The notes under the pieces were generated by a model. The model had not been told where the DNA came from and made no database searches. It worked only from the letters and a program-made list of their open reading frames with translations. DNA of 64,000 nucleotides from Tolypothrix carrinoi HA7290-LM1. Lineage in GTDB: Bacteria; Cyanobacteriota; Cyanobacteriia; Cyanobacteriales; Nostocaceae. Shown piece by piece: positions 62,873-64,000 of the stretch. The DNA is taken from positions 1 through 64,000 of the forward strand of contig JAHHIK010000036.1 in assembly GCA_019358935.1 (NCBI GenBank). Direction: 5' to 3'. A program made the position numbers and the translations under genes. Each line of letters begins with the position of its first letter. Position 1 is the first letter of the stretch.

Positions 62873-63964
62873 TTATAACCAATTGTGATAAATCTTAATT
62901 CCTCGGCTTTGCACTATATATTCAAATAAATCTGTTGGTAGTGCTTCTTCTACAGGAAAAACGCCTGGTTTATTAAGTTTGCCCTCTAATAATAATTGAG
63001 CAATACTACCAGTGCCACAACCCGAAGCCATTGCCGTATTTTGATGCAATAAGTCTGAGCAAAAAATACTTGTCTCACCGTTTTTTTGCCCTGTAACTTC
63101 TGCGCGAACTGCTACCCCAATACCAGTAAAGTTATTAGTTACATCCGTCATAAAATGACTTACATGAGCCAAAAACTCGATAGTTCCACGCTTCTGCATT
63201 AACCATTTAGGAAACACATGAGCAGTAATCCAAGTCATGTGATTGTAAAAATCGGGAACTGAGCCAAACTTAGTTATTACAGTTTTGATTGATGGGAAAG
63301 CGTGGGGTAATGTGAAGGTTTCTGGCATATCAAACCAGTAAACTCCAGTGCGTCCGTAGGGGGGGAGAAAGTTAACAGCTTCGCGTTGGCTATAAGGCTT
63401 AACTGTTTGCCATTTGCCGTCTATCCAAGCATCAAAAGGATGTTGCAACCCTAGAAATGTTGTTCGCATGACGGTGACACCAGCACCACCAGAACCAGAT
63501 ACTAAATAACTCAAATGTATCTTTTCGGCTGTATCGAATTGCTCGACACCTTGACGTACCATGCTATTAGAAATGCCGGGAAAAATCCCAGTATTAACAA
63601 TTGCCGTGACACCAGCGGCAACGGCTTGTTCATAATATTTTAAAGCCTTGCTGGTATATGAACGGTGATCGCTAACATCTACATAGTTGACACCTTGTTC
63701 GATGCAAATTTTCAGAACATTGGCATCGCGGTAATGAAATGGACCAGCACAGTGGACGACTAAATCGGCAGAGGCGATCGCACTCCGCAATTTGTCAACC
63801 TCCGCCAAGTCTAAAACCAGAAATTTCCGAGGCATATCGCTAGTTTCAGTATCTGGCGATCGCCCAGTGATGGTAATTTCCGCCTGCGTGTGGGTGGCTA
63901 AATCCTGGGCAACACTACTGCCGATCCGCCCCCGTCCTCCAAGAATTAAAACCCTTTGTGTCAT
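62873..63964 (-). CDS. Saccharopine dehydrogenase-like oxidoreductase
   Basis: LILGGRGRIG Rossmann motif, CAGPF, YVDV, TGIFPGISN. Confidence 0.88.
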   Translation of the reverse strand: MTQRVLILGGRGRIGSSVAQDLATHTQAEITITGRSPDTETSDMPRKFLVLDLAEVDKLRSAIASADLVVHCAGPFHYRDANVLKICIEQGVNYVDVSDHRSYTSKALKYYEQAVAAGVTAIVNTGIFPGISNSMVRQGVEQFDTAEKIHLSYLVSGSGGAGVTVMRTTFLGLQHPFDAWIDGKWQTVKPYSQREAVNFLPPYGRTGVYWFDMPETFTLPHAFPSIKTVITKFGSVPDFYNHMTWITAHVFPKWLMQKRGTIEFLAHVSHFMTDVTNNFTGIGVAVRAEVTGQKNGETSIFCSDLLHQNTAMASGCGTGSIAQLLLEGKLNKPGVFPVEEALPTDLFEYIVQSRGIKIYHNWL

Positions 63965-64000
63965 CGATCTAGCATTGGCAACACTGTTTTTATTACATCA

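Overview
This is a 64-kb chromosomal segment of a filamentous, probably heterocyst-forming (Nostocales-like) cyanobacterium, judged from frequent HIP1 octamers (GCGATCGC), heptameric STRR arrays and small dispersed repeats. Most of it is core genome: hsp20, psaC-glmS, nadK-ndhE-ndhG-ndhI-ndhA-gltA-sixA, a DHH phosphoesterase, alr, tRNA-Leu(UAG), a PatA/CheY/CheW/GAF-MCP/CheA taxis-like cluster, an ABC1 kinase, manC, LCP, murJ, NDH-2, glcE/glcF and an NhaP-type antiporter. The most interesting part is a ~5-kb accessory block right after glmS (3.9-9.0 kb). It holds an AbrB/PrlF-like antitoxin with a YhaV-like toxin, stacked MITE remnants, a helicase gene fragment, and a candidate defence pair: a small Trypco1/CU044_2847-like beta-hairpin protein upstream of a trypsin-protease-NACHT-HEAT (NLR-like) protein with an intact catalytic triad. 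A MITE carrying nine 21-bp tandem repeats separates the two genes of the pair. Also present are a solitary GmrSD-like DUF262/DUF1524 nuclease, a hybrid histidine kinase broken by two internal deletions, and nested in-frame 21-27 nt mini-insertions at GCG^A/HIP1 sites. All family calls come from motif recognition by eye; no database search was run.
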